A stretch of 64,000 nt of DNA from Tubiluchus corallicola (Eukaryota; Animalia; Priapulida). The position numbers were made by a program, and so were the translations under genes. How positions within the stretch are numbered: the first letter of the stretch is position 1; every line of letters starts with the position of its first letter. Below are positions 30,040 to 44,934 of this stretch, piece after piece. The notes under the pieces were generated by a model that had not been told where the DNA came from, ran no database searches, and saw only the letters and a list, made by a program, of their open reading frames with translations. The stretch lies in contig JAQGDQ010000441.1 in assembly GCA_030141605.1 (NCBI GenBank), positions 1 through 64,000 of the forward strand, written 5' to 3'.

Positions 30040-30593
30040 GCAATATCTAAAAATGATTTACTCTTACAGTGCGCTATCTAAAATGATTCACTCCAATAGC
30101 GCGTTATCTAAAATTATTTACTGCAACAGTGTTGTATCTAAAAATGATTTACTCCAACACTGTTCTATCTAAAAGTGATGTACTCCAATAGTGTGGTATC
30201 TAAAAATGATTTGCTCTAATAGCGTGCTATCTAAAAATGTTTTACTTCAATAGTGCGCTACCTAAAAAAGATTTACTTCAATAATGTGGTATCTAAAACC
30301 GATTTACTCCAATAATGAGGTATCTAAAAATGATTTACTTCAATAGTGTGCTACCTAAAAAACATTTACTCCAATGGTGCGCTATCTAAAAATAATTTAC
30401 TTCAATAGTGTGGTATCTAAAAATGATTTGCTCTAATAGCGTGCTATCTAAAAATGATTTACTCCAATATTGCGCTATCTAAAAAAGATTTACTCTAATA
30501 GTGCGCTATCTAAAAATGATCTACTCCAAAAGGTGCTATCTAAAAATGATTTACTCCAATAGTGCCCTATCAAAAAATGATTTACTCCAATAG
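30040..30593. repeat. Minisatellite, ~31-bp unit, ~17-18 diverged copies
   Basis: Consensus ATCTAAAAATGATTTACTCCAATAGTGCGCT. Confidence 0.92.
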
Positions 30594-30844
30594 TCGTTCA
30601 CAACAACATTACATGTTTTTGGCAAAAACCAAAAACAGAAAAACTACTGAGATCATTTCTTCTTCTTCTTCTAGTACTACAACTACTACTAATACTAATT
30701 ATTATTACTGTAATTTCTGTTTTGTGACATGTACAGTGATCTAACTTTAATTTGTGCACAGATCTCTTGTTTTATGTGAGATACATAAAAGTTAGTTTAC
30801 ATACACATTAGTTTGAAGAAAATTCTAGAGTTTAGCTTTTAATA

Positions 30845-31496
30845 TTAAACAAAGACAGGATGGTTTTTCATATGCTACCCCATTCTCAAGTCCGATAAAA
30901 AGTATACATTTTAACACAATTAATACTGCAAACGCGTTTCTCGTAATTAATTAATAGATTAAGAACTTAATTAACGGTGGGCGAGCCCAACTATTGATGA
31001 CATCACAAACTAGCATAATTTTCAACAGTAAAAATATTCCATGAACGTGTTACTCGTGTTTGCAAACGAGAAAATCGAAGTACAGTGCTACTGTAAGACA
31101 TTCAGTGTGTTGTACTAAAACTAGGCAAGTTTTAAGATAAAAATTCAGATTTCAAATTTACCGTGGTGCTCGCGCATGAGTTGTCGAACGTTTGTAGTTC
31201 GTCACAAACTAACACATTTAGCTACAGCACCTGTATTTTTGTGCAATGCGTTTCCGAGTACCGTGTTGGCGCTAGTGCCCGTCTAACTAGCGAATTGTGA
31301 AATACATGTAACAGCAAAGAACTAGTAGCGCGAACGTGAAATTCTGTTTATGGGATAATAATTCTTTCACGTAAGTCATTCTTGAAAAAATAGTATGTTT
31401 CCTTTCATAGATTAGATTGTTTTGATATATGTTTTAAACAAAGGATAGATTGTTTTGACCTACTTCTGTTTAAGATTGGATCCGGTTTTGCTTTAA
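30845..31496 (+). mobile_element. Family A element, full length
   Basis: TTAA at both ends; collinear with 16493-17111. Confidence 0.8.
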
Positions 31497-32627
31497 TCGA
31501 ATTCGAACTAAAAAACTCATTCGAGTTGAATTTGAATGCCAGATCCTCATCCCCAGTACTGACACATACGCATAATTATGTACTATTATTACCACGTTTG
31601 CAGGGAAGAGAAAAATTAAGACGAACCTGTCTGTTTACTAGACAATGTTATAGAAATCGCTGCAAACACTAACAAAGAAGAACTCTCGGACGGAAGACGG
31701 GTCTATTGAACGGTCTCTTTCTATACATATCAAACTAAAAAAACTCTCGAAAGATGGAAACCCGTGAAACGTGACCGTGGAGATTTTCATCACAAAAGGT
31801 GAATAGAGATAAATTTTTATGCATGCAGTTGTTAGATTTTGCACAACGCCAGAAATGTAAAGCGAAGTTTTGGCGTGGAGTTTCACGCACTGAGAGGTTT
31901 TATTATTTGGGACAGACGAGATATCATTAAATCTGGCCACTTATTGTTCGTGTGCAATCTGTACGATGAAATATAAAAAAACGGACGGTATAAAACTTGT
32001 TTTTATTCGGAAAAATATATGATAGATAATTATAGTGTTGGCCATTCAAAAAATAAATAGAATAGTGTACGAAAACTTTTGAAATGCAGAGAAGCAGTTT
32101 CAGCAAAATACTAAAAGTTGAAAGAATTGTACTGGAATATAGCTTAAAACCAAACCAACTAGAATTATCTTTTTAATTATTATCACTGCTCACTAGTCCC
32201 TGTGATTATCGCATAGAGTTTAAACGATGCTTATTCAAGGTGTCTATTCAGGCCGTATTTACCTGTATACTGTTCAACTATTGCATCGTTGCAGATTGGA
32301 AGTGCTTATTTTGTAGACGGAGAAAAATAAATTTAATTCAATTCAACTTAATTCAGTTCGATATTCCATTTTTTGTACAGAAACCGTCGGTATGATATCA
32401 TTTTATTGACTCCATTGCCTTAAGCGTACGAAAAATACAAGTATATCTTTTTATTTTGTTTTGCTTCACTTTGTTTTATTTATTTTCTTTTATTTTATTT
32501 TGTTACATTTTATTTTATTTTATTCAACCACCCGTCGTTCTATTCGTGTTATAGATGACTGGCTGGTATGCTGCTGCATTATTTGCTGTAACTTACATCG
32601 TATCTTCACTTGCTATAAAAATGATAC

Positions 32628-32922
<295 letters not shown>

Positions 32923-34842
32923 TTTTTAAATTAATCATGATAACTGACAAGAGAATTAACTGGGTGGCCGCGATAAGTGTTTAGTAAGGACAGTTATGTA
33001 ACGTTGTGATTATATAGTGGGCAGATAGGTGACCTATGGTAATTAATTCCTAATCCAAACTCCATCCCTAACCCTAACCTTAATCCGCTTTACAAACTAA
33101 TTTCTTGTGAGTGGGGAAGTCCAAACTTTAGTCATATCAAATATGTTTCATATAGTCTCATATGTCAAGTGTGACATCGTGCACATGACATAGTACACCA
33201 CTCTCTGAGGTAATAACAGCACACGTTGCTTTGTCATAACTAAGATGGTGGACAGGCCTGACTCAAAGCTTCGACAAAATCATAAACTGAGAGTATGCGT
33301 GTGTGCATATTGCGCGTGCGTGCGTGAACTTGTGTTTCGGTGCTTGTGACTGATAACTAGTTATCTAATTGGTAAAACCCCTCTTCTACAGTCATCAATT
33401 CATTAATCTTAACAACACACACGTCTGAAATATTTACTTTAATTCCTACATAATAATCATAATATATTTACTTTGCTGCCTACTACTATTATTAATAGTT
33501 GTTAATTTGCCCCCCCCCCCGCTGACAAGAGTACAATTCCAATGGCTAAAGGCAACTGCAACACAGTTTATTACACAGAATCACGTACGACAAGCCCAAC
33601 CACTTGACGGCACCGCAAATCGCCTGCAATTTCGTGTGTGAATTTCGATACCCAATTAGTCAGTACTTTATTCGACTGATAAAAGATAAATACATTATGA
33701 GATTATTACAGTAATACGCGCATATCTAGATCTTTATTTGTGGGCTTAAACGTGTGATAATTTGTGCGGGTAAATGCTTAATGCCTACTCACACGCGCGC
33801 TCACAGTCTGTAATGAATGTTGTTAAACTTAATTATTGTAAGCGGTCGTTTTCATCAGGTAAGTTTTAGAATGGAGCATTAGTAATAATTTAAACATAAG
33901 TTAAGGTACAGCACTGAGCACTCTAGCATGAAAATTTCTAATACAAAAATAATTTTTTATTATTGTTAATTTTACTAATTTAGCGCAGGCGCATTGCTTT
34001 GCATTGTATAAAGTTTAAGTTAAGTTAAGTTTGTTGCCATAAAACATTGCATTCATACTTATTAATACAGAATTTACATTAGTAAATATAATTAAAAATA
34101 AAAGAGAAAATGAACGTTTTAGTAAACATTATTAAACATTATTAGTAAACAGTATTTGCATTAAAAATACAGTTCTGATAAATAAATTTCTTACATCATT
34201 TTCATGATATTATGGCTGGCTAAGAAGTCGAAGGACTTATAAGGTCAAATTCACTAAAATAAATTAAAAAACGTTTCAATAATGAAAGTAAAAAATTGTG
34301 ATAAAAATTAAAAAGTATTATAAAAAGATTATAAAATAATTCTCATTTTTTAAAACACGAGTGCACCTTGCCTTTTTTTCACATCATAAGACAATTTGTT
34401 CCATAAAACAGCCCTGACAACCAATAAAATCTTTCATAAGGTCAGTTCACACTTTTGGTACGTGGTAGTCATTGAACTACCTAGTATTGTACATATATTT
34501 CATTAAACTGTTTTTTCAGACTTGACGTTGTTGGCTTCTGTTGTTAACACCGTAATACTAGAAGTCCCAAAACCTAATGTTTGTTACGTATCTATCAAAA
34601 AAGCTGTTTTATATCATACATTCGTTTATAAAGAAAAAATGAACCTAAAAAAGACACATGTGTAGAAATATAATCTGTAATAATTAATATTCACATAAAT
34701 TTGCAGTAAAATACATATGTTAATATTGCAAATGCCACCTTTACCAATTAAGATCGTTAAAATTTAAATAAACTGTTATATTATGTAATCTTTATCTACA
34801 AGATAGTATAATTTAAGATAATACTAAGCCACAAACAATAAC

Positions 34843-35140
34843 GATAATTCTCTTGTTTATCTTTCAACCCTACAGTGTTTTGAGAATCAAGTTAGTATAT
34901 TTGTAATGATGCTGTACATAACGTTGTTTAGACACCAGTATGAAAGGCTTTTAGCGATATCACTATCTTTGTTTACCATAGGTTGACCTACGTCTAAAGA
35001 CAGTCTAAATCATTTTTTCCAAAATTTGCTTCCTATTATGTATCTTACTGTTTGTTATTCATTGAATTATTGATAACTTTGCGTTTCTTTTAAGGTATTA
35101 ATTGTGTATTTGTGTTGATGTGAAATAAATAAACAAATAA
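34843..35140 (+). repeat. Interspersed repeat, probably a retroposon 3' end; second copy at ~61239-61530
   Basis: About 290 bp of high identity in the same orientation, ending in TGAAATAAATAAAC. Confidence 0.7.
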
Positions 35141-36951
35141 TGCAGTATAAGTAATTAAAATGTTTAGCAGATAAAACCATATAACAAGATAACCATAAAA
35201 CCAGATAAAAAGCATATGTAAAATAAATAATACGTCTGTGATTTTTTTTAACTAGTTGTGTACATAAAAGCCATTTCTGTGTAGCAAAAACTCTTGGTGT
35301 TGAAACTTTCGTATAAAACTATTATTTAAAAAGCAGTGTGATTTATTACGTGTGTAATTACGATAGTGTAAAGTATCACACTTACTAAAATGTTTTCGAA
35401 TTTATTACTCTAAATTTTCTTTATTATTTTGAGGATTTTTTTGGAAAAATTAATTTCACGGAAGAGCAAAAAATCATTGCGACTAATATGTTTTGAGACA
35501 TATAAATAGGTTAGTATGTTGTTATATGTAGATGTACTGTTGTTTGCTTGCTGTTTGTTAACTAACTGATTTGACTAACTAGTTAAATATCGTAATTAAT
35601 TAATGAATTTATTTATTTGTTATTTATTTATCAAATTTATTTGTTTCATTTAACAAATAAATTGTTTTCCATTTTATATTTTATTTCTTCACTTTATTGT
35701 TTATGTATCACATTTTTTTATTTATTTATTTTTTTATTTTTGAAAAATCAAAGCATGTTTGTTTATTTGTCTGTGATGTTTATATTCCATGCAGTCAAAT
35801 GAAGGAAGATGAATATTTTATTGTTCCCTCCGTTTCTGATCTTGTCTTTAAACTTTCAAATAAAATTCTGGACTAATGTTACAAGACTACCGTGATTTAT
35901 GTTAATATAGAGAAACTTTAATAAATTAATGGGTCGATTTGCAAAACGCCTAAGTACTGAAACCGTGAATAGGTTACAAAAGAGTTTTATTGAACACAAT
36001 TACGCCTATAGTAAACAAAAATACATACGACTTCAACAGAATGAAACATACAGTAATAATAATCTAAATACTTTATTTATATTACTTGAAAGTACTAATC
36101 AAATATCGTGTTTTTATCATATGTTATTATTGTTATTATTTTAATGCATGTATTTTGCAGTTTGATTCAGTTCCCTATTTGAAAGTTTATTTAAATTTCT
36201 GTTTGGCTAGCTTACTTTTCACTTCATTTAATTTGTTTTTTATTATTTATTATTTAATATTATTGTTATTATTTTGCATGTTTTTCTCATTTTGAGTTAT
36301 ACATGGACGATATGACAGCTTGAATTTTGATCATTTTTATATTCATTTGTACCACATTATTTGGCTTTTACTTACCATTGCTTTTTCTTCATCATTTTCC
36401 TGTATGTTTAGATATCTTTGATTGCATTTTCATCCTTCAGTTATTTAAAGTTGATTAGTGAATTTTAAACAGATCAAGTTGCTAAGTAAAGTAGTAATAA
36501 TGTAATTTCACTACTATTGATGAGTGAAATAGCTACAGTGTCATCCCAATAATCACATACATCCATTGAAGGATGGCTTGACTAGTTGACCTTCTTGGTC
36601 TTTCACCATCCTATTTCCATTGCGATAATTAAATACATTTACTTGCCTCAGTTATATCATGAATATGGAAATAAATGCACGTTTTGAATTGAATTGAAAT
36701 TCATAATTAGGAAAGGCCATTCAGTCTACATTTGTACTTACAGAAAATTTCGGTTGATATATCTTGCATTTTGCATAAATTTCGCGTAAACTGTATTAAA
36801 GTTTGACATAAATCGTTGAAACGCATTGGAACTAAGAAGTTTGTAAAGTGTCTTGTTTTTTATGATCTCCTGGCTTAACCTCACTTACACTGTCTAACAT
36901 TAACAGTACAAGGAAATTCAGTATTTGTCTGGCGAGTTGCTGGCAAGCGAG

Positions 36952-37519
36952 TTAAAGGAAGGTAGAATGACTTTTATATATTACCCCGTTTTCAAATCTG
37001 ATAAAAAGTATACATTTTAACACAAATAATAATGGAAAAGCGTTTCTGATAATTAAATAATAGATTAGAAACTTAATTAACGGCGGGCGAGCACAACTAT
37101 TGATGACATCACAAACTAACATAATTTTCAACAGCAAAAATATTCCTTGAACGTGTTGCTCGTGTTTGCGAAAGAGAAAGTTGACGTACAGTGCTGTAAG
37201 ACATTCAGTGTGTTGTACTAAAACTAGGCAAGTTCTTAAGATAAAAATTCAATTTTGAAATTTATCTTAACTGAGAAATACAAAACCTATTATTTTGTGA
37301 AATGCATTTGCGAAATGCAGGCGCTAGTGCCCGTCTAACTAGAAAGTGCCAAAATACATGTAACACTGAAGAACCAGTGGCGTGAACGTGAAATTGTGTT
37401 TGTGTGGTAATAATTATTTCACGTAAGTCACTTTCGAAAAAATAGATGTTTCCTTTCAATATTTTAATGAGTAGATTATTTTGACCTACAGCTTAAGATT
37501 GGGTTCGGTTTTGTTTTAA
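36952..37519 (+). mobile_element. Family A element, internally deleted
   Basis: TTAA-AGGAAG...GGTTTTGTT-TTAA; collinear with the other copies. Confidence 0.8.
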
Positions 37520-39554
37520 ACAAACCAGCTTTAGCTATCTATATGTAGAAAACAAATAACAGACTTTTTTCCAAAATTTTTTGCTAATCCAATAAAAGTA
37601 GCACAAAAAGTTCATAACACTTTAATATAATACTTTAATACATACAGCATCCCATTCTGCACAACTAACATCGCTAAACATTCTGCATTACCTTTCAAGG
37701 TCCTAAGCTCTGAAACACGCTAAGTATGGAACTACAAAACACGGTGTTAGTATAGGTATGTTTAAAAAATATGTGAAAATCTAAATCTTCAATATGTACG
37801 AATCATTTAAACATAACTGGGTGGTCATAATAATGTAACCAAACGGTCATTTTCGGGTATTTTTGGTCGTCCATTTTGTTTCAGCTTTCAGAAAATGTTC
37901 TGCGCTCTTAAATTGTCAGTTAATCTTGAAAACATATATTATTACTATTATTATTTCACTTTGTTAGTTTTGTATAATTGTTTCTTTATTATTTTCATCA
38001 TCATTAATTCTTATCCTCACTTGCTAATTAATATCTCTCTTTTCATTTTCTTAAAATTTATAAATTATTTGAAATTTCACAGTCAGGACGTTTTTTACAA
38101 GTTTGGCTTCGTTGATGGCCTACAATACAAATCATTTAACAAGGTATTTAATTAAGTATATCTCAAAATTTACTTCTTATTGAATATTTTCCTGCTTGCC
38201 GACTATTATATTATTGAATTTTTTGTACTTTCTTAATGCACCAGTTGTGTTTGCGTTGTGCCTGCGAAATAAAGAATTTTGAATATCTTGAAAAAATTTA
38301 ATTCATCTATTATCCAAAAATCGTTACTAATAAGAGAAAAATACCGAATGTAGAACGATAACTGTGCTCAGTGGATCGTAACGTACACTGCCTCTTTTAG
38401 AAGTCAAAAAAATTGTGAAATTAATTATTGAATGTGGTAGTTAGTGTGGTGATATTTTGTATGGGATTTAATTACAATAAGCGTACACAACAGTTTCAAA
38501 CATGGGCCCTATTACAAAACCTCTGAGCTGAATGACTGAGCATAATAACCCTTTGTGTGTCGCATTGTTTGCAGGAAAAGTGTACTACAATATTTTCTAA
38601 AATTCTCTTGTTCTCTCCCTGGTATATAATAGACAGCAAATTACTGTCTTTAGCAAAGGCGCACTTTGTACTTTTTCTCACAGTCTATTGTCCCGCTTCT
38701 TTACCTATTGTATTTCTATACACAAAATAAATATTTATAATTGTTCACTGTTCAGATCTGCTGTGCATGTCCAGAGCCATCAACCCATATCAATCCCGAC
38801 TTTCAAGTTTTTGCTGAATGCTCGTGTTCCTTCAGACTTCATCGCGCTGTTTTTTCTGTTCGGCGGCCGGAAACGTGGGGTAATTTCGCGCACGCATCAC
38901 CGAGCTCTATTGTCAACGAACCTATCATCGTCGTAATCACAGGCGTCTCCGTCTGTTCGAACCAACGTCATCTGTATCTCCTCTTAAGAGCACCACACTA
39001 ATGCTTAATGATTGAAATGCCCTTTTTTCTTCGCAGTGCAGTGTCTATCATAGAATTATTCTCACTAAACTCCCACCACTTTACAGAGCATAGCACACTT
39101 TGTGAAGGAAGTCCACTTTCTACTTCATAGACCCGCCACTCTTGCTGCTCAGATTCGCATGCTAGCTGACTCATTCAAACCGAACCACTGTCAGTATTTC
39201 ATAAATGAAAGATTATATCCCCAAATTGAACCATTAAAGATTTTAACTCTGCGAACTTTGCCAGATTTTTGCAATTTGTAAAAGACTCTCTCCCCCCGCG
39301 GCGCGTATTCTGAAGTTGCAGGGGTCGGATGGCCCGTAGCGCTTTTTGATCTCGCCCACAATTTTTTACCATTATTTGTCGCCATGGAGCTGTCATTAAC
39401 TTAGAGTTGATAAATTTGAGTCACAATTTGGAACTGATTATTCAAGTTGGTCGAATAATTTATTGGAGTACTTTAAGACCATTTGTTTAAAAATGAGCAA
39501 GCTTGCGTTATTTGCTATGAACTACGTAAGCTTGACACTAAGCTTGGCTTGTAT

Positions 39555-40409
<855 letters not shown>

Positions 40410-42159
40410 GTAGCAATCCCTACCATAGGGCAACATAAGCCCGAATTCTAATTCCTGGTCATGATTGTCGTTTTTGGATTTTTTTGGAAAGGTAGGTATG
40501 ATTGCAGGTTTAAAACTTAGCGTACATATCTCTTGATAAATGGACATAATTGTATTATTGTGTGACCGGGCTTTCAACCATTTCTAAATTGTAACGCTTA
40601 AATTAGCTCAATTATACAGGTTGGATAATGAAAACCAGCTGAATTACACGCTTCAGAATTTAATCCTATGTATAATTCTTACTATTAGTCTGTGCTGACA
40701 CCTGTTGTCAGAAACTGAAATTTCCAAGATCGTTAAATGGATAAATTATTTGTAACATAATCATAACATAACATAATCTTCATTTTTATCTTGACGCACA
40801 ATTCAAAAATGCACAATATCCAACGTTGTTTTTAAAGAATGTTGTTAAAGAAACTTCGAAGGGGCGGAGATTAACATTTGTTAGTGACAATGTGCTAATA
40901 ATTATATTAACTAAATAAGTCATGGTACATAAATTATGGAAAAAGATGCATTTTATATGTAGATTGGAACTGGATTTCATGAGAATGAATGCTAAAAGAA
41001 ATGGATACTTCGGTGAGAGAATCATAGATTAATTGCACCATAACAAATTTAAAAAAACAGAAACACATTTAGATATTTAGCACATTTAGGCAAAGACAAA
41101 TTTATACGTTTCACATGAAATGAGCAAACAAAAAGGAAAAAAATAAACGTTTAAATATTGGTAAGCGAATTTCATGAAAATAAATTTGGATATTTATGAT
41201 TTATAATTTTATAAACGCAAAATCTACTGGACGTCAATCGTAATGAATTTAATCACACCTCAGAAGCAAAGACGTTTCCGAAACATTCTGGTAAAACTGA
41301 CACATTTAGACAAATTTAACACACTTAGACAAATTTTCGCACATTTTACACGAACTGAACAAATAAAAAGATAGAATAATGATAATTATCATCAGATGTG
41401 TTCCAAGAGAGTGGAAAATGAACTACTGGATGTTTACGACAAATAAATTGGAATAATTGCAACGCGATACAAACTAGAGAAGGATGAAATACTTTAATAA
41501 TAATATTTTTTATGTTTTTTTATGTTAGTAAAGGCATCAGTAGTAAGGGGAAATAAAGAAATTCGCCTTGAATTTAAATTCAGGTGCGCTACTCTATTCC
41601 AAGTGGATGCACCCGTGTGGCGTGATTCCGTACAGCAGGACCGGCGTGCTTTTTTAAAAAGTTGTGGAAATTTTTTCAGAAATTAATTTGCGTATTCATT
41701 TTTCATCATGTAGGTTGCATGTCGTATACGTTGTGGTATACATTATGTTTAGCATACGTTATATAGACTAACTTGTGTATCTGTAATAAATTCTAAAATT
41801 AATAGCACTACTCGTAGTCGTAGAGAGTTAACTCTATTCTAACCTAAAATTATGGATATGGACCACTTCAATTATATTTCATTCTCTATCATTAAAAAGT
41901 TTGAAACAGCATGCAATCAGCACAATTTCTGTGCACAATTATTTTAGTCAAATTATTAGTGTTTTTACAGCAGAATAAAATCAAGCAATATATATATCAT
42001 AATTCATATATATATATTATATGTTCTTTGCGAGACTGCTTTTTATTGTAGTAGAAAAGTACAAAAGTATAAAGCACTTTACTGTGGGAAGACACTTGCT
42101 AGCATCCTTGACTCATGCCAGGAAAATATTTCTTTGTTTGCGAGAAATGTTACCAGGAT

Positions 42160-42642
42160 TTGGTAATAAAACCACAATAAGCACCTCATGTAATTAGTAA
42201 AATCACTTTAAAATTGCAATCACATCATGCTTCAGTGCTCATATTTTGAACACACATTCTCGCTCCAATGACATCATTTGTATTGAAGAAAAGTAGAACT
42301 CTGTCAGTCTTCATCAAAAGTATAACTAGTTATTACAAAAACATTAGATAGTTGATTTTGTAATATTTTTGCGTGAATATTAGGTAAGCTGCAGAAGTTT
42401 GAATTAGTTTAAGCAGCGCGCGCTTACGGAAAGCCACAACACGCTTTCAAAAAATCACGAAGTCTACTTGTTACATCATGATTTTTAAGAGAATAGTGGC
42501 ACCCATCATGCCTGAAAATTTCTATTCAGAGGTTGCATATTTTAGATTTATGCTTCATAGAAAGTTTTTTGCAAATTTCTTTGCTAGTTTTTCTAAGTTA
42601 AATTGATAACAGTAAACCCAACATGCTGATCTTTCCTTTAAA
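42160..42642. repeat. Interspersed repeat ending CTTTCCT-TTAA; second copy at ~45925-46382
   Basis: Collinear diverged copies on either side of FAR coding exon 1. Confidence 0.65.
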
Positions 42643-43357
42643 GAGTGTAAAACAGTACAGTACTTTTGCTTTACTTATGAAATGTTATGCATGTGATGCA
42701 CTTACATCCACAGCCACAACTAAATTTCCAATGTTAAACTCAAAGCATTGAAATTAGTACTATAGAGAAGAAGCATTGTACATTAATGCATTATAAAGAA
42801 CAAAATCAGTTCATTATACTGACGGGCTTTGCATCTGATTCTGCTATAGAAACTTAATGAACCCTTAAAGGCAGAGCCCAGAGCTGCACCGTTTCAGCTG
42901 AGCTCTATTCGGTTTATTTACAGTCAACCTGGTTGATAAGAAACGTGCGTATGTTGGCAGAGATACTGAACTTTACAATTTTTAAATGATAAAGCTGCTC
43001 AATTCAAAATTAAATACACAAATAAGCAACATTACTCACACATATGGGATCATTTCGGTGTCTTGGAATTGATTCGTTGGTAATCAAAATAAACCTCGCC
43101 AAGAGTTGGATTTAAATTACATTTGTAATAAATTCATTACCTTTTTATAGTAATTAAAAATTGATCGCTAAAGCATTATTTGAATTTGTATATCTGCTTT
43201 TTTCTGTGTATAAGAAACACAAATTATTTCAAAAATTTGTCTCCATCATTTAACTGTTAACTAACAATTTATCATTAATTTAGTTAACAAAAATTTGTAG
43301 CTTTAGTTGACTTAGCTGATTTTTTCTTTAAGCCAACTCAGCTCAAAAGTCAGTTAA

Positions 43358-44078
43358 CCTCAGCCGAGCTAGCTGATTTACTGTGTGTGTCAGCTGATGT
43401 AGTAGCAACTGACTCTGCTTCAGTCGAGCTAGCTGATTTACTGTGTGAGTCAGCTGATGTAGTAGCAACTGACTCTGCTTCAGTCGAGCTAGCTGATTTA
43501 CTGTATGAGTCAGCTGATGTAGTAGCAACTGACTCAGCTTCAGCCGAGCTAGCTGATTTACTGTGTGAGTAAGCTGATGTAGTAGCAACTGACTCAGCTT
43601 CAGCCGAGCTAGCTGATTTACTGTGTGTGTCAGCTGATGTAGTAGCAACTGACTCTGCTTCAGCCGAGCTAGCTGATTTACTGTATGAGTCAGCTGATGT
43701 AGTAGCAACTGACTCTGCTTCAGTCGAGCTAGCTGATTTACTGTGAGTCAGCTGATGTAGTAGCAACTGACTCAGCTTCAGTCGAGCTAGCTGATTTACT
43801 GTGTGAGTCAGCCGATGTAGTAGCAACTGACTCTGCTTCAGCCGAGCTAGCTCATTACTGTGTGAGTCAGCCGATGTAGTAGCAACTGACTGTGCTTCAG
43901 CCGAGCTAGCTCATTACTGTGTGAGTCAGCTGATGTAGTAGCAACTGACTCAGCTTCAGTCGAGCTAACTGATTTACTGTGTGAGTCAGCTGACGTAGTA
44001 GCACCTGACTCTGCTTCAGTCGAGCTAACTGATTTACTGTGTGAGTCAGCTGACGTAGTAGCGCCTGACTCAGCTTTA
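43358..44078. repeat. Minisatellite, 60-bp unit, ~12 copies
   Basis: Unit CAGCCGAGCTAGCTGATTTACTGTGTGAGTCAGCTGATGTAGTAGCAACTGACTCTGCTT. Confidence 0.95.
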
Positions 44079-44814
44079 ACCTCGACTTAAAAAGTCTTTT
44101 ACTGATTTTGGTTGAGGCTAGGAGATGTCTGTTCATTTGACATTCGGAAAAAACAATACAGTACTTTTGCTTTACTTATTGAGTGTAATACATGTAATGC
44201 TCTTATGTCCATAGCCACAACCAAATTTCCAATTTTAAACTTGCAATTATAGCAGTTTTTTAATACTATAATGAAAAGTATGCCTTGGTATGTTGATGCA
44301 TTATCATAAGAACAAAATCAGTCCATTATACTGATCGGCCTAGCATCTGATACTGCCATAGACACTTAATGAACCCCTAAAAGTATTCTGGTGGTGCTGG
44401 TTGCCGACAGCAATAGACTAACAGAAGTCTGTTCGTTTTACATTCGGAAAAAAGGCTATTGCTTTACGGGATTTTACTGAAATACTGTTCGTATGCAACT
44501 GTTATTAATTAAATTTTGGATACATCATTTTATTTGGGATATAATTTTTAGTAATGTGCCTTAAATTCTTTGCAAATTAAGACTTACTCTTAATAAAGAA
44601 ATCTGGTGACACTGACTGCACTAATGTATGGTCTGGTAAATATACTATCAAGGGTTATGTTTAATTAAGAGTTTTCAGATCAAATGTACGATATCGCATA
44701 GGTAATGATTGTCTGTTCACAACCCGTATCTGTACGAAGTGTTTACTGAATGCATGTAACTGCTATGTTTTAGATCAGCAGAATGGTGATGTGTACTGAA
44801 TAACATACATTTTC

Positions 44815-44934
44815 ATGGCCATGGAAGTGGGTATAGAAGAAATCACTAAGCCGTCTACCGGCATGCCTACCATCCCGGAGTTTTATGCTGGAAGAACCAT
44901 CTTTATTACGGGAGCTACTGGATTTCTTGGAAAG
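44815..44934 (+). CDS. FAR: Fatty acyl-CoA reductase, coding exon 1
   Basis: MAMEVGIEEITKPSTGMPTIPEFYAGRTIFITGATGFLGK with the NAD(P)H-binding TGxTGFLGK motif; donor AAG|GTACTT. The start could also be the ATG at 44821 or 44863. Confidence 0.92.

Noticed and set aside
33049-33086. Telomere-like CCCTAA repeats
   Set aside because: Only two to three degenerate units; not an interstitial telomere array.
38688-39396. Short ORFs in the CpG-rich intergenic island
   Set aside because: No recognisable domain or consistent splice structure; treated as non-coding.
43343-44136. Repetitive ORFs such as (SKSASSAEAESVATTSADSH)n, resembling mucin or silk proteins
   Set aside because: Open frames follow from the 60-bp unit length; a 2-bp deletion near 43745 breaks the frame, and there is no unique N- or C-terminal sequence.
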